Source: Alphaproteobacteria bacterium (GTDB taxonomy: Bacteria > Pseudomonadota > Alphaproteobacteria > Micavibrionales > Micavibrionaceae). From it: a DNA stretch of 64,000 bases. Shown here piece by piece: positions 35,496 through 46,006 of the stretch. The notes beneath the pieces were generated by a model. That model had not been told where the DNA came from, did not search any database, and saw only the letters and a program-made list of their open reading frames with translations. The stretch covers positions 48,804 through 112,803 of the forward strand of contig JAWKVV010000002.1 of assembly GCA_041397885.1 (NCBI GenBank). The letters are read 5' to 3'. Position 1 is the first letter of the stretch, and each line of letters opens with the position of its first letter. The translations under genes were made by a program, and so were the position numbers.

Positions 35496-35540
35496 AAAAA
35501 CCCGCATGGGCTGATTTAGGGGGCGACAGCCACATGCGGG
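35496..35540 (-). terminator. Hairpin followed by a T-run on the minus strand, downstream of dapE
   Basis: cccgcatgggctg...cagccacatgcggg forms a 13-bp stem with one bulge. It is followed on the minus strand by TTTTT (plus-strand A-run at 35496-35500). Confidence 0.45.
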
Positions 35541-35685
35541 AAAGTTTGGGTCCAAAAGAGAGAAAAAATAGTTTTGAGGACTAGTAATTTCTCAATCTAT
35601 GCTTCGTAGTATAGGAATGATTTGTTACCAAAATAGTTCCAAAAAAAGTTTCTTTTGTGAAAAAAACTGTCAGAAATATGAAGAT

Positions 35686-36825
35686 TTAGCCAATTGTATT
35701 TTCAATAATATCGGCATAAATCTCTACAAGCTTATGAAGGTCTGGGATTTTAAGGTTTTCATCAATTTGATGAATTGTTTCATTGGTCAGACCAAATTCA
35801 ACTACGGGGCAATATTGGGCAACGAATCGGGCATCGGATGTTCCGCCGCTTGTTGATAATTTTGGCTCCCGATTCGTATGTCTTTTGACAATATCAAAAA
35901 CATTTTGTGTCCACGGCCCAGGCGTAGTGATGAAAGGATTGGCATTTCCTTCCATTTCTAAAGCATAATTTTTTGTTATCGTGTCTAACGTATCACGAAT
36001 TTTTTGTTCTAAACTTTCGGTTGTCCAATGTGTGTTAAAACGGACATTGAATTTTAAAAATCCTGCGGCAGGGATAACATTGTCGGCTTTATTGCCAACA
36101 TCAATGGTGGTCAGTTCTAAATTGGTGGGTGGAAAATGCTCCGTCCCTTGATCAAATTCAATATCGTTTAGGGCACTGGCCATTGCCGCTAAACGGGGCA
36201 GAGGATTGTCTGCCAAATGTTGATAGGCGGTGTGTCCTTGTTTTCCTGTAACGGTTAGTTTACCTGAAATGGCGCCGCGGCGGCCAATCTTAATCTCTTC
36301 GCCCAATTCTTTGACGTTGGATGACTCTCCCACCAAACACATATCGGGAATATGGTTGTTTTCTTTCATCCATTCTAAAATACGCTGGCTGCCGTTAATT
36401 GCATCGGCTTCTTCATCACCTGTGATCATCACACTGATGGAACCTTTAAAATCTTCATGACTTTCCAGAAATTTTGAAATGGCTGTAACGAAGGCCGCGT
36501 TGGCACCTTTCATGTCGGATGTGCCGCGGCCATACATCACACCATTATCTATGGAGGCTTCAAAGGGTGGATAACGCCATGCTGTATCAGCTCCTGCGGG
36601 GACAACATCAGTATGACCTGAATAACAGATATGGGGTGTGCCTGCGCCCAAACGGGCAAAGAAATTTTTCACAGGATAAGATCCGCGCCCCTCAAAGGGT
36701 AAGTCAAATATCTCAAATCCCATAGATTTTAGGGGTTCAAGTAACACCGCTTGTGCGCCTGCATCTTCTGGCGTTACCGAAGCACAACAGATTAGATTTT
36801 GGGTTAAATCAACAACATCAATCAT
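35686..36825 (-). CDS. dapE: Succinyl-diaminopimelate desuccinylase
   Basis: 379 aa M20 peptidase. Features: LTQNLICCASVTPEDAGAQ, GHTDVVP, and SGGTSDARF near the C-terminus. Confidence 0.85.
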   Translation of the reverse strand: MIDVVDLTQNLICCASVTPEDAGAQAVLLEPLKSMGFEIFDLPFEGRGSYPVKNFFARLGAGTPHICYSGHTDVVPAGADTAWRYPPFEASIDNGVMYGRGTSDMKGANAAFVTAISKFLESHEDFKGSISVMITGDEEADAINGSQRILEWMKENNHIPDMCLVGESSNVKELGEEIKIGRRGAISGKLTVTGKQGHTAYQHLADNPLPRLAAMASALNDIEFDQGTEHFPPTNLELTTIDVGNKADNVIPAAGFLKFNVRFNTHWTTESLEQKIRDTLDTITKNYALEMEGNANPFITTPGPWTQNVFDIVKRHTNREPKLSTSGGTSDARFVAQYCPVVEFGLTNETIHQIDENLKIPDLHKLVEIYADIIENTIG

Positions 36826-36870
36826 GAAGGAGAGAGTAGCAGAATAGAAAAGAATTAAGAAGAGGATATA

Positions 36871-38157
36871 CTAGAAAAATTGTGGAGACCGAGCAGCTTT
36901 AGGCGGAGTTCCATGAGAAGCTGAATTTGAGGAAAAGTTTAGAATAATTTTGAAATGATCGGAATATTTTTTAAGGGCAGGAGTTATAGACTGTTCCCAA
37001 AATAATTTAGATCTTCGTTGTATCGAAGGATCTTGATGATAATTACTTATATCTTTGATTGTGTCTAAAAAAGTGTGAATCGGACTTAACCCTCGGGGAA
37101 GATCAAAGGATAGAGCTCTCGATAAATATTTACTCATTCCTGATTCATAAAGTGGTTTTCCTTCCCTGTGTTTTGTTTCATCGTTTGGATAGGCCGCTTT
37201 TTCATCAACATATTCCAAATAGTTAATATTTCCGAATAAGACGCTTCCCATTAAATCGTCTGCTTTTTTAATGGCTGTTCTAAATAAAGGCCATTTATCC
37301 ATTGCTCGTTCTGGCAGCGCGTCTCTTCCGCCATACATATCTTCACGTTCGTTGCAGTATTTCAATCGGCGCTGTGATGTAAATTTGGGTGCACCTAGCA
37401 TGGTGCTCAAATTATGCGTTCCATCGAATGTCTTTAAAATCCATACAACTGGCGAAGCATCTTTGTTGTCTAACATATTGTGAATATAGGCCTTAATGTC
37501 AGAAAACAAATCTTTTTTGATCAAACGGCCATCAGGACGATATTGAGGATTTCCTTGATCATCGAGAACCGAAATTTTTTTCGTCATTAACTTTAGATTA
37601 GACATTAAGATGGAAAGGTTTTTATATTCTGTTTCTAACCATCTTTGATCTATATCTTTTATTCCTCTTTTAAAGAGTGATGTATATTTTTCTTCAATTT
37701 TTTGTTTTTGTTCATTCTCAAATTGTTCAAAACTTTTTCCAAAATCTTCTATTGAATCATGTCTTAGGCAAGTCCTGACTGCTGTTTCTAAGCCACCATA
37801 TTCTTCCAACATATCTAAGGTTATTGTCTTATCTTTGACTAAAGACAAAAACATTAAAGTTTGGCTCAATTGATGATGCCATGCCGTTGTTCCATCATCC
37901 CGTGGTTTTTTCTGATTCATTAAGAAGATCGTCAAAGTCTGAAAGTGCCATATGAAATTCACAACCAATCAGAAATTCACGGAATTTTTTCTGGATATCA
38001 ATTTCAGCATCTGGTGTATTCACACTGGCTTTGGTTTCGTATTTTTTAGCCCATCAATAAGCAAGCCAATATTCGCCAGAACCTTTAATTTATAATCATG
38101 TAAGTTCCCAGTGGAGCGATGAAAGTGCAAAGGCAAGGAAGGTTGTTGATCATTCAT
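36871..38157 (-). pseudogene. SpoT/Mesh1-like HD-domain protein with long C-terminal extension; 5' part broken at two A6 tracts
   Basis: The main ORF (to 37968) contains RTCLRHDSIEDFG and ILKTFDGTHNLSTM, which resemble HD-domain LLHDxxED and KLADRLHNM. An ATG at 38157 with a GGAGGG RBS is in the same frame but meets a stop after 46 codons. The segment between the A6 runs (plus-strand T6 at 38042-38047 and 37906-37911) reads cleanly in the -1 frame. Confidence 0.55.
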
Positions 38158-38368
38158 TGAATAATCCCTCCTTCAATAATTGATTTTTGTGGTCAATAAT
38201 AAACACGCTAAAATTCCATCTTATGACAAAGATTAGTTTTTAACCCAATATTCCGCAGAAAATCAACAAAAATATGAAAAATTATACAAAATGGAAGTAT
38301 GCCGATCATATCACAAAAGCCCCAGAAAATCTTGGGTTTTCGTGGTTTTTTGACTTAATCCTGTTGAA

Positions 38369-39184
38369 TCAGTCCCTTAGAAGCTCATTAATCGAGGTTT
38401 TGGAGCGTGTTTTGGCATCCACCCGCTTGACAATCACTGCGCAGGCCAAATTGGGTACTTCTGGGGTTTTACCTGGTAACGTGCCTGGAACAACGACGGA
38501 ATAGGCAGGAACACGGCCATAATGGACCTCTCCGCTCTCCCGGTCGACAATTTTGGTCGATGCGCCGAGGAAAACGCCCATAGAGATGACAGAGCCTTCT
38601 TCAACAATAATCCCTTCGGCCACTTCTGATCGTGCGCCGATAAAGACATTATCTTCAATAATAACAGGGCCTGCTTGCAGAGGTTCTAAAACACCCCCAA
38701 TACCTGTCCCTCCAGAAATATGACAGTTTTTGCCAATCTGGGCGCAAGATCCGACGGTGGCCCACGTATCAACCATGGTTCCTTCATCGACATACGCGCC
38801 CAAATTCACAAAGCTAGGCATTAAGACGACACCTTTGGCGATGTAGGCTGAATGACGGACAATGGCGTGTGGTACGGCGCGAAATCCTGCGGCTTTGAAG
38901 GCGTCTTCGTCCCACCCTTTAAATTTTGATGGAACCTTGTCCCACCATGTTGATCCATGCGGCCCACCAGAAATTGCGCTCATATCGTTTAGGCGGAAAG
39001 ACAAAAGAACGGCTTTTTTAAGCCATTGGTGGACGTGCCATGTGCCATCAATTTTTTCAGCAATGCGCGCCTTTCCTGAATCCAGAGCATTTAATGCCTC
39101 AGTTACAGCATCGCGTACCTCACCTTTCGTTGCAGTATTGATTTGGTCACGATTTTCCCACGCCTGATTAATAATATCTTCCAT
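38369..39184 (-). CDS. dapD: 2,3,4,5-tetrahydropyridine-2,6-dicarboxylate N-succinyltransferase
   Basis: 271 aa. N-terminus [12 protein letters not shown]... plus hexapeptide-repeat C-terminal half, typical of DapD. Confidence 0.9.
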   Translation of the reverse strand: MEDIINQAWENRDQINTATKGEVRDAVTEALNALDSGKARIAEKIDGTWHVHQWLKKAVLLSFRLNDMSAISGGPHGSTWWDKVPSKFKGWDEDAFKAAGFRAVPHAIVRHSAYIAKGVVLMPSFVNLGAYVDEGTMVDTWATVGSCAQIGKNCHISGGTGIGGVLEPLQAGPVIIEDNVFIGARSEVAEGIIVEEGSVISMGVFLGASTKIVDRESGEVHYGRVPAYSVVVPGTLPGKTPEVPNLACAVIVKRVDAKTRSKTSINELLRD

Positions 39185-39205
39185 CTTGATTGCCTTTAAT
39201 TTCCG

Positions 39206-39649
39206 TTATCTTTTTTTGATGGTTTCATCTTTATAGAGTTTGGAGATGATTTCAAATATAAAAGCGGTGCTCCATCCAAATAATAAAAAACCGTTTGCGG
39301 CTTCGAAGGAGCTTAACAGTCGCCATTTTTCACTCAAATAGACATCTCCAAAACCAACAGTGGTAAAACTACTCGTTGAAAAATACAGCGCAGATTCAAA
39401 GGTGGGGAGAGCTGCAGGCGATAGGTAATAAAACAAAATGGCCCAAATCCATATTTGTATGACATGGGCCAGAAAAACACCTAATACTGTCAAAACCATC
39501 AAGGGGATTTCCCATAGATTTTGAAAGCTTTTATATGCCCACGGACCTAATTTTTCTAAAAAAGCCACCAACCTGTCCAATGCAACAGCATGGATTACAA
39601 CAGTAATGCCAATCATAAAACAGCCGATCAAAATTTGTGTAATAAGCAT
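39206..39649 (-). CDS. Minimal two-TM potassium channel (KcsA-like)
   Basis: 147 aa. Selectivity-filter signature TTVGFGD lies between two hydrophobic helices. Confidence 0.7.
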   Translation of the reverse strand: MLITQILIGCFMIGITVVIHAVALDRLVAFLEKLGPWAYKSFQNLWEIPLMVLTVLGVFLAHVIQIWIWAILFYYLSPAALPTFESALYFSTSSFTTVGFGDVYLSEKWRLLSSFEAANGFLLFGWSTAFIFEIISKLYKDETIKKR

Positions 39650-39658
39650 ATATATTGT

Positions 39659-40492
39659 TCAGTTTTTGTTTTTTATTTCTGCATTTAAATATGCGCCGAA
39701 GATAAACAAAATTGCCGTGAGATAAAAGAAAATTAATGTGATGACAATACTGCCGAGAGAACCATAAGTAACACTATAATTGTCAAAATTGGCGATGTAG
39801 GCAGAAAATAAGGTTCCGCCAATCATGAAAAGAAGACTTGTAAATAAAATACCTGGTATGAGCACATCCGTGTTTTGCTCCCTATGCGGTAAGAAACGAT
39901 GCAAGATTAATAATGCACCGATCAAAATAAAAAGAGCAGATAGATAACGTGAAATATCAAAAACAATTTCCTGAAAAATACCAAAATTTAATATAGGTGC
40001 TACGATATTCCAGATAATCGGGCCGAACAAAACCATCAAAGACATGAAAAATATAATAAGGGCGCCAATAAAAATGAAAATAAGGCTTTGAAGGCGCCGT
40101 TTCCACATAGGGCGTTTTTTTTGAATCTTATAGGCGCGGTTAAGGGCAATACGTAAAGATTCTACACCACTTGAGGCGGCCCATAACGTACCTAAAAACC
40201 CGAAAGTTAACAGGCCTGCAGGTTTTGCAGTAATCACTTCATGAACGGCAGGGGCCATGGCTTCGGCCACTTCTTTGGGCATAAATTGGAACATGAGATC
40301 AATGATTCTAGGGACATCTTCAGGACTGCTTAAAAGACCTGCCAGGGCGGCCAGAAAGATCAAAAAAGGAAAAAGTGACAAAAATGCGGTAAATGAGATG
40401 TGTCCTGCCACCATAAGACCATCTTCATCCATCATTCTTTTAAAAGAAGACATAAAAAGATAACCTGCGGCTTTAAACGGGTTGGTAGACAT
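39659..40492 (-). CDS. YihY/BrkB-family membrane protein
   Basis: 277 aa, polytopic. N-terminal AGHISFTAFLSLFPFLIFL is typical of the YihY/virulence factor BrkB family. Confidence 0.65.
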   Translation of the reverse strand: MSTNPFKAAGYLFMSSFKRMMDEDGLMVAGHISFTAFLSLFPFLIFLAALAGLLSSPEDVPRIIDLMFQFMPKEVAEAMAPAVHEVITAKPAGLLTFGFLGTLWAASSGVESLRIALNRAYKIQKKRPMWKRRLQSLIFIFIGALIIFFMSLMVLFGPIIWNIVAPILNFGIFQEIVFDISRYLSALFILIGALLILHRFLPHREQNTDVLIPGILFTSLLFMIGGTLFSAYIANFDNYSVTYGSLGSIVITLIFFYLTAILFIFGAYLNAEIKNKN

Positions 40493-40582
40493 AAGGAAAG
40501 TTTTAGCACAAATTGGTAATTCGTCATATGATGATACATAAATATTATAAAAATATAATGATTATAAATATGGAGAGGACAC

Positions 40583-41422
40583 ATGAATAAATTTTTAGCC
40601 ATCTTATTTTTCATGATTATTTCTGTTCCTTTGGCGCAGGCGGCAGAAGAAAGCAAAAATCTTCAAAAAATGAAATATGATGTCTATGCGGGCGGTATTC
40701 ATGCTCTGCAGGCACATTTGAAAACAGATATGTCTGCTCCTGATCGTTATGATGTGGCTTTAACGGCCAAAACCTACGGTATGCTTGGAAAGCTTGCGCC
40801 TTGGGAAGGGATATTTACCACGAAAGGATGGAAAGGGGAAAAGATAAACCATCCAGAACTTCATCAGGCCATTACAACCTGGAAAGATGAAAAAGAAACA
40901 AAATCTTACCGCTATAAAAAAGACAGAAGCTTTGTAAGTTATAGCGTTCAGGAAGATAATAAGAAAGAAGAAGAAAAAAAACCTGAAGAGGCTCTGACCA
41001 AAAAAACGAGTGACCTCTTAACCGCTACTTTAAATACAATGCAATTGATCTCTACCGAGAACAAGTGCGAAGGAGAGACGGATATTTTTGACGGCAAAAG
41101 ACGTTTTAAATTGGTTTTCAAAGAACAAAAGAAAGTGGAACTTCAATCTTCACGTTACAACGTTTATACAGGACCTGCGATTGAATGCACTGTAGAAGTT
41201 CAACCCGTGGCGGGGAAATGGCGGGAAAAACCGCGTGGATGGATGTCTATACAGGAACAAGGGCGTGAGCGCGGAACAATGCCCACCGTGTGGTTTGCCA
41301 AGGTACAGGAAGGGCAAGTGGCCGTTCCCGTAAAAGTCAGGGTTAAAACTGATTATGGGACATTGTTTATGCACCTGACAGATTATCAGAGCGCTGGCAA
41401 AAAAATGACCCTAAAAGACTAG
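40583..41422 (+). CDS. Exported protein, probably DUF3108 family
   Basis: Signal peptide. YDVYAGGIHALQAHL... and beta-rich composition resemble DUF3108 as I remember it. Confidence 0.45.
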   Translation: MNKFLAILFFMIISVPLAQAAEESKNLQKMKYDVYAGGIHALQAHLKTDMSAPDRYDVALTAKTYGMLGKLAPWEGIFTTKGWKGEKINHPELHQAITTWKDEKETKSYRYKKDRSFVSYSVQEDNKKEEEKKPEEALTKKTSDLLTATLNTMQLISTENKCEGETDIFDGKRRFKLVFKEQKKVELQSSRYNVYTGPAIECTVEVQPVAGKWREKPRGWMSIQEQGRERGTMPTVWFAKVQEGQVAVPVKVRVKTDYGTLFMHLTDYQSAGKKMTLKD

Positions 41423-41488
41423 GGAAATGTCACTTTTTGCAACATGATGTGACTTGTTTTCTGCGGGTTTTGGCTTAGAACTGTAAGA

Positions 41489-42838
41489 ATGAAAAAAGCA
41501 TCTAAAACATCACCTCTTGCAATTGTTATTCTGGCGGCGGGTCAAGGCACCCGGATGAAATCTGCCTTGCCAAAGGTCATGCATAAGATTGCGGGCCGTC
41601 CTATGATTAGTTGGTTGATTGAAACCGCAGAAAAACTTAATCCTGAAAAGATTATTGTGGTCACTGCTCCAGAGCAGAATGATTTGGCAGCAGCTGTTGC
41701 GCCCCATCAAACAGTTGTTCAAAAAGAACAGCGCGGCACGGGAGATGCGGTAAAGCCTGCCCTTGAATATTTAAAAGATTTTCAGGGTAAAGTTCTTGTT
41801 CTTCTGGGGGATGAGCCTTTTGTAGAATTGGACGCTCTTCAGGACATGGTTTCTCATGATGGTTTAACAGTTATGGGGGTTGAGCAGGACTTTGTTTCAA
41901 GCCTTGGACGTATGGTTTTAAATTCTGATGGGACGCTTGATTGTATTATTGAAGAAAAAGACTGCACAGAAGAACAGCGTGACATTACCCTGCGCAATGC
42001 AGGAAATTTTTGTTTTCCTGCGCAGCACATGGAAAAGTGGTTTTCAAAATTGACCAACCAGAACGCCCAAAAAGAATATTATCTAACGGATATTCCCAAA
42101 ATTGCACAGCAAGATGGTTTTAAAACTCACGTTGTCGAAACATACATGGAAAATTCATGGGGCATCAATACACGTGTTGAATTAGCAACGCATGAAATTT
42201 TGGCGCAAGACATGCTTTGTACAGCGGCCATGGAAAATGGCGTCACAATGATTGATCCGTTGTCTGTAACGCTTTCTTGGGATACGAAATTCGGCCAGGA
42301 TGTTGTGATTGAACCTCACGTTGTTTTTGGACCTGGGGTTGTTGTTGAAGACAACGTCACTATTTATGCCTTTTCGCATATTGAAGGGGCAAAAATTAAA
42401 AAAAGCGCAGAAGTGGGGCCTTTTGCGCGCATCAGGCCAAAATCTGTTATCGAAGAAAAGGCAAGTGTTGGAAACTTTATAGAGATTAATCGTTCAACCA
42501 TTAAAGCAGGGGCGAAGGCCAAACATGTATCCTATATTGGAGACGCAACAATTGGTGAAAAATCTAATATTGGCGCAGGGACAATCATTGCCAACTATGA
42601 CGGATATTTCAAACACCATACAGATATTGGTAAAGAAGTTTTTATTGGTTCAAATTCAACCATCATTTCCCCTGCGGATATTGGCGATGGGGCGATCGTT
42701 GCGGCAGGATCGAATATCAATAAAGACATCCCTGCAAACGCTATGGCTATCGGACGTTCCCGTCAAGAAAATCACTTGGGTTGGGCCAGTGAATATCGAA
42801 AAATGAAACAACAACAAAAAAACCAAGAAGAAGATTAA
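41489..42838 (+). CDS. glmU: Bifunctional UDP-N-acetylglucosamine pyrophosphorylase / glucosamine-1-phosphate N-acetyltransferase
   Basis: LAAGQGTRMKSALPKVMHKIAGRPM and C-terminal hexapeptide repeats. Followed by glmS. Confidence 0.9.
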   Translation: MKKASKTSPLAIVILAAGQGTRMKSALPKVMHKIAGRPMISWLIETAEKLNPEKIIVVTAPEQNDLAAAVAPHQTVVQKEQRGTGDAVKPALEYLKDFQGKVLVLLGDEPFVELDALQDMVSHDGLTVMGVEQDFVSSLGRMVLNSDGTLDCIIEEKDCTEEQRDITLRNAGNFCFPAQHMEKWFSKLTNQNAQKEYYLTDIPKIAQQDGFKTHVVETYMENSWGINTRVELATHEILAQDMLCTAAMENGVTMIDPLSVTLSWDTKFGQDVVIEPHVVFGPGVVVEDNVTIYAFSHIEGAKIKKSAEVGPFARIRPKSVIEEKASVGNFIEINRSTIKAGAKAKHVSYIGDATIGEKSNIGAGTIIANYDGYFKHHTDIGKEVFIGSNSTIISPADIGDGAIVAAGSNINKDIPANAMAIGRSRQENHLGWASEYRKMKQQQKNQEED

Positions 42839-42840
42839 TT

Positions 42841-44673
42841 ATGTGCGGAATTATTGGAATTATTGGAAATAAAGCGGCAGCGCCACAGCTTCTGGAAGGC
42901 TTAAAACGCTTAGAATATCGTGGATACGATTCTGCAGGGATTGCAACGCTTAATGATAACAAACAAATTGACCGCCGCCGCGCAGAAGGTAAATTGAATA
43001 ACCTTGATAAATTATTAAATGAAAATCCTTTAGATGGATTAATTGGTATTGGCCATACAAGATGGGCAACACATGGAAGCCCAACGACAAATAATGCACA
43101 TCCTCATGCCACAGAAAAAGTTGCTGTTGTTCATAATGGAATTATTGAGAATTACGCCGAGATTAAAGAAGAGTTAATGCAGCATCAATGTCGTTTCGAA
43201 ACCGAAACAGATACAGAAGTTATCGCGCATCTAGTGACTCATTATTTAACTCAGGGATTAAGCCCGCAAGCCGCCGCAGATAAGGCATTTGAACGCTTAG
43301 AAGGGGCTTACGCTTTGGCCCTTATTTTTGCGGGTGAGGACAATTTAATGATTGGTGCGCGTCAAGGAACTCCTTTGGCCGTTGGTTACGGGGATGGAGA
43401 AATGTTTTTGGCCTCCGATTCTTACGCTCTTGCACCGCTAACTAAAAAGATTTCTTTTTTAGAAGATGGTGATCGCGTGACACTGAATAAAAATTCTGTG
43501 CGTATCTATACTGCTGATAACGACAATGTTGAACGGCCTATCCGCATTACCGCCCAGTCAGGTGCAACAACAGGAAAGGGTGAATATCCACACTTTATGT
43601 TGAAAGAGATATATGAACAACCTGCCGTTATTGGTGATACGCTCAATTCTTTTGTTAATCCCGCGACGGGTGAAATTACGCTGCCAGATAATGTTATTGA
43701 AGCTGTTGAACGGGCTCCTCGCTTGACGTTGATCGCCTGCGGTACAGCATCTTATGCTTGTATGGTGGCGAAATACTGGTTTGAACAAATTGTTCGCATC
43801 CCTTGTGAAGTGGATATCGCATCAGAATTCCGTTACCGTGAAGCCCCGCTTCCAAAAGACGGCGTGTGTATTTTTGTATCACAGTCAGGAGAAACGTTAG
43901 ATACGTTGGAGGCTCTCCGTTATTGCAAAAAACAAAATCAAACAATCCTTTCTATTGTGAATACAATCGAAAGCACAATTGAAAGAGAATCTGATCTGGT
44001 TCTCCATACGCTTGCAGGGCCTGAAATTGGCGTGGCATCAACAAAGGCGTTTACAACACAGCTAACGACACTGGCCTGTCTTGTTTTGGCGCTTGCTTTT
44101 AAACGCGGCATGATAAAAGAAGACGCGCGTAAAGATTATGCGGATTCTCTGCGCCAACTTCCTAAAATTGCATCTGCCGTTTTAAATCATGATAGTGAGA
44201 TCAAAGATATTGCTCGTGAGGTATTTGAAGCACGTGATATGCTTTATATTGCGCGTGGTTCTCTTTATCCTATCGCGCTTGAAGGGGCGCTGAAGTTAAA
44301 AGAAATTTCTTATATTCATGCAGAAGGGTACGCGGCAGGGGAAATGAAACACGGCCCGATCGCTTTAATTGATGATCATGTGCCTATTGTTGTTGTGGCA
44401 CCGTCGAATGATCCTTTATTTGAAAAAACAATGTCTAATGTTCAGGAAAGCGTTGCCCGCGGCGGAAAAATTATGCTGTTTTCTGATGCTCAAGGGGTTT
44501 CCAAAATGAAGGATTTATCAAGTTGGTCTGTTGAATTGGGTGATGTTCATCCTTTCGTTGCTCCTATTCTCTATACAATACCCATGCAATTACTGTCTTA
44601 CCATGTGGCTGTTGCAAAAGGAACGGATGTTGATCAACCGCGTAACCTCGCCAAATCTGTCACGGTGGAATAA
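42841..44673 (+). CDS. glmS: Glutamine--fructose-6-phosphate aminotransferase
   Basis: MCGIIGIIG Ntn-amidotransferase start. Two SIS domains. C-terminal DQPRNLAKSVTVE. Confidence 0.95.
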   Translation: MCGIIGIIGNKAAAPQLLEGLKRLEYRGYDSAGIATLNDNKQIDRRRAEGKLNNLDKLLNENPLDGLIGIGHTRWATHGSPTTNNAHPHATEKVAVVHNGIIENYAEIKEELMQHQCRFETETDTEVIAHLVTHYLTQGLSPQAAADKAFERLEGAYALALIFAGEDNLMIGARQGTPLAVGYGDGEMFLASDSYALAPLTKKISFLEDGDRVTLNKNSVRIYTADNDNVERPIRITAQSGATTGKGEYPHFMLKEIYEQPAVIGDTLNSFVNPATGEITLPDNVIEAVERAPRLTLIACGTASYACMVAKYWFEQIVRIPCEVDIASEFRYREAPLPKDGVCIFVSQSGETLDTLEALRYCKKQNQTILSIVNTIESTIERESDLVLHTLAGPEIGVASTKAFTTQLTTLACLVLALAFKRGMIKEDARKDYADSLRQLPKIASAVLNHDSEIKDIAREVFEARDMLYIARGSLYPIALEGALKLKEISYIHAEGYAAGEMKHGPIALIDDHVPIVVVAPSNDPLFEKTMSNVQESVARGGKIMLFSDAQGVSKMKDLSSWSVELGDVHPFVAPILYTIPMQLLSYHVAVAKGTDVDQPRNLAKSVTVE

Positions 44674-44681
44674 AAAAGCCA

Positions 44682-45356
44682 ATGGAACAGAGAATTTCTA
44701 AAATATACTGGCTGTGGATTCCTATTATCACAATGGCTATTCAAATTGTTTTGGAGATTACTCTTTCGGGTGAAATTTTATCAAGACTTCATTCTGAGAA
44801 TGGGCCACACGAATTGATAGAATTTTTTATTCTTGTTCTATCTTTTGTTGTTTGCCTTTTGTATTTTTTTAAAACTGAATTAAAAAATAGATTACTTAAC
44901 TTCTGGTTTGGTCTTGCGGCGATATGTTGTTTCTATGTAGCGGGAGAAGAAATCAGTTGGGGACAACATATCTGGGATTGGGCGACGCCTGAATATTGGA
45001 AAGAAGTTAATGATCAAGAAGAAACAAACTTACATAATACATCATCTTGGTTTGATCAAAAACCAAGGTTAATTCTTTTAATAGGAATTGTTTTTGGTGG
45101 ATTAATTGCGCCATTCTTGAAAATAAAAAATTACCTAAAACTTCCTCAAAATTTAGATTTTATTATGCCCTCTCCTTTATTAGGGGTTATTGCAGGTTTT
45201 GTTATTATTCCTCATATATTGGAAAAAACATTTAAAATATTTGATATTAATATTTTTGCCAGATTCAGTGAAGTCGAAGAACTATATATGTTTTATTTCG
45301 TTTTGCTGTACTTGGTTATGCTTTATCAAAAAGTTATAAAATTACAAAAAACTTGA
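44682..45356 (+). CDS. Hypothetical polytopic membrane protein (224 aa)
   Basis: About six hydrophobic segments. No motif recognised. Confidence 0.5.
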   Translation: MEQRISKIYWLWIPIITMAIQIVLEITLSGEILSRLHSENGPHELIEFFILVLSFVVCLLYFFKTELKNRLLNFWFGLAAICCFYVAGEEISWGQHIWDWATPEYWKEVNDQEETNLHNTSSWFDQKPRLILLIGIVFGGLIAPFLKIKNYLKLPQNLDFIMPSPLLGVIAGFVIIPHILEKTFKIFDINIFARFSEVEELYMFYFVLLYLVMLYQKVIKLQKT

Positions 45357-45451
45357 TTTTTTCTTCTTTTTGGTGTCTACTAATCTCAATCAATAAAAAT
45401 AAGTTGTAGTCAACCATCTATAAAGCGGTTGACCATAAACAGGGTAGGAAT

Positions 45452-46006
45452 ATGTGTTTGTTCAAAACGCTTGGCGTTTCTTGGCCCCCGAAGGGTTGGA
45501 AAGAATTCTTTGAAATTGAAGCTTCTCATGGGCAGTCGATTTTAAAAGATCCTGTATCGGCTTGCGTAACAGGGCTTTCTTATCATATTGATCCCATTCC
45601 AACTTATCATAAGAATAATGACCGTAAATTTGTCTATGCTGTTTGCATTGAAGGATGGGATTACAATATTTACAATGAAAGTCGGGAATATCCCGTTTTG
45701 TCTTTCGTGCTACATGAAAGACCTGAAGAAAATACATCAAAATATTTATATATGTCAGATATCAGGACGCAGGGGCGGAGCGTTAAAATAACGGAGCGTT
45801 CAGCGTATCGGGCGTTTATGGCGGCTTTATTCTTAATGAAACAGATCAATAGCGGTCAGGTCAGCGAAGCCGAGCGTATTTTACGCCTTTATAAGATACA
45901 TCCTACGCAGCGCAGTCTTTATGACGCTGACAACCAACGGCAAAATTCCCTATTTTGCCGTCAGGTTAATAAACCAAATCAATATCAGAAAATTTTTAAA
46001 GATTAA
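45452..46006 (+). CDS. Hypothetical protein (184 aa)
   Basis: ORF only; the start is uncertain. Confidence 0.4.
   Translation: MCLFKTLGVSWPPKGWKEFFEIEASHGQSILKDPVSACVTGLSYHIDPIPTYHKNNDRKFVYAVCIEGWDYNIYNESREYPVLSFVLHERPEENTSKYLYMSDIRTQGRSVKITERSAYRAFMAALFLMKQINSGQVSEAERILRLYKIHPTQRSLYDADNQRQNSLFCRQVNKPNQYQKIFKD

Noticed and set aside
35599-35856. 85-aa plus-strand ORF at the truA-dapE boundary.
   Set aside because: It overlaps the 3' end of the well-supported dapE on the opposite strand. It is Cys/Asn/Phe-rich with no RBS.
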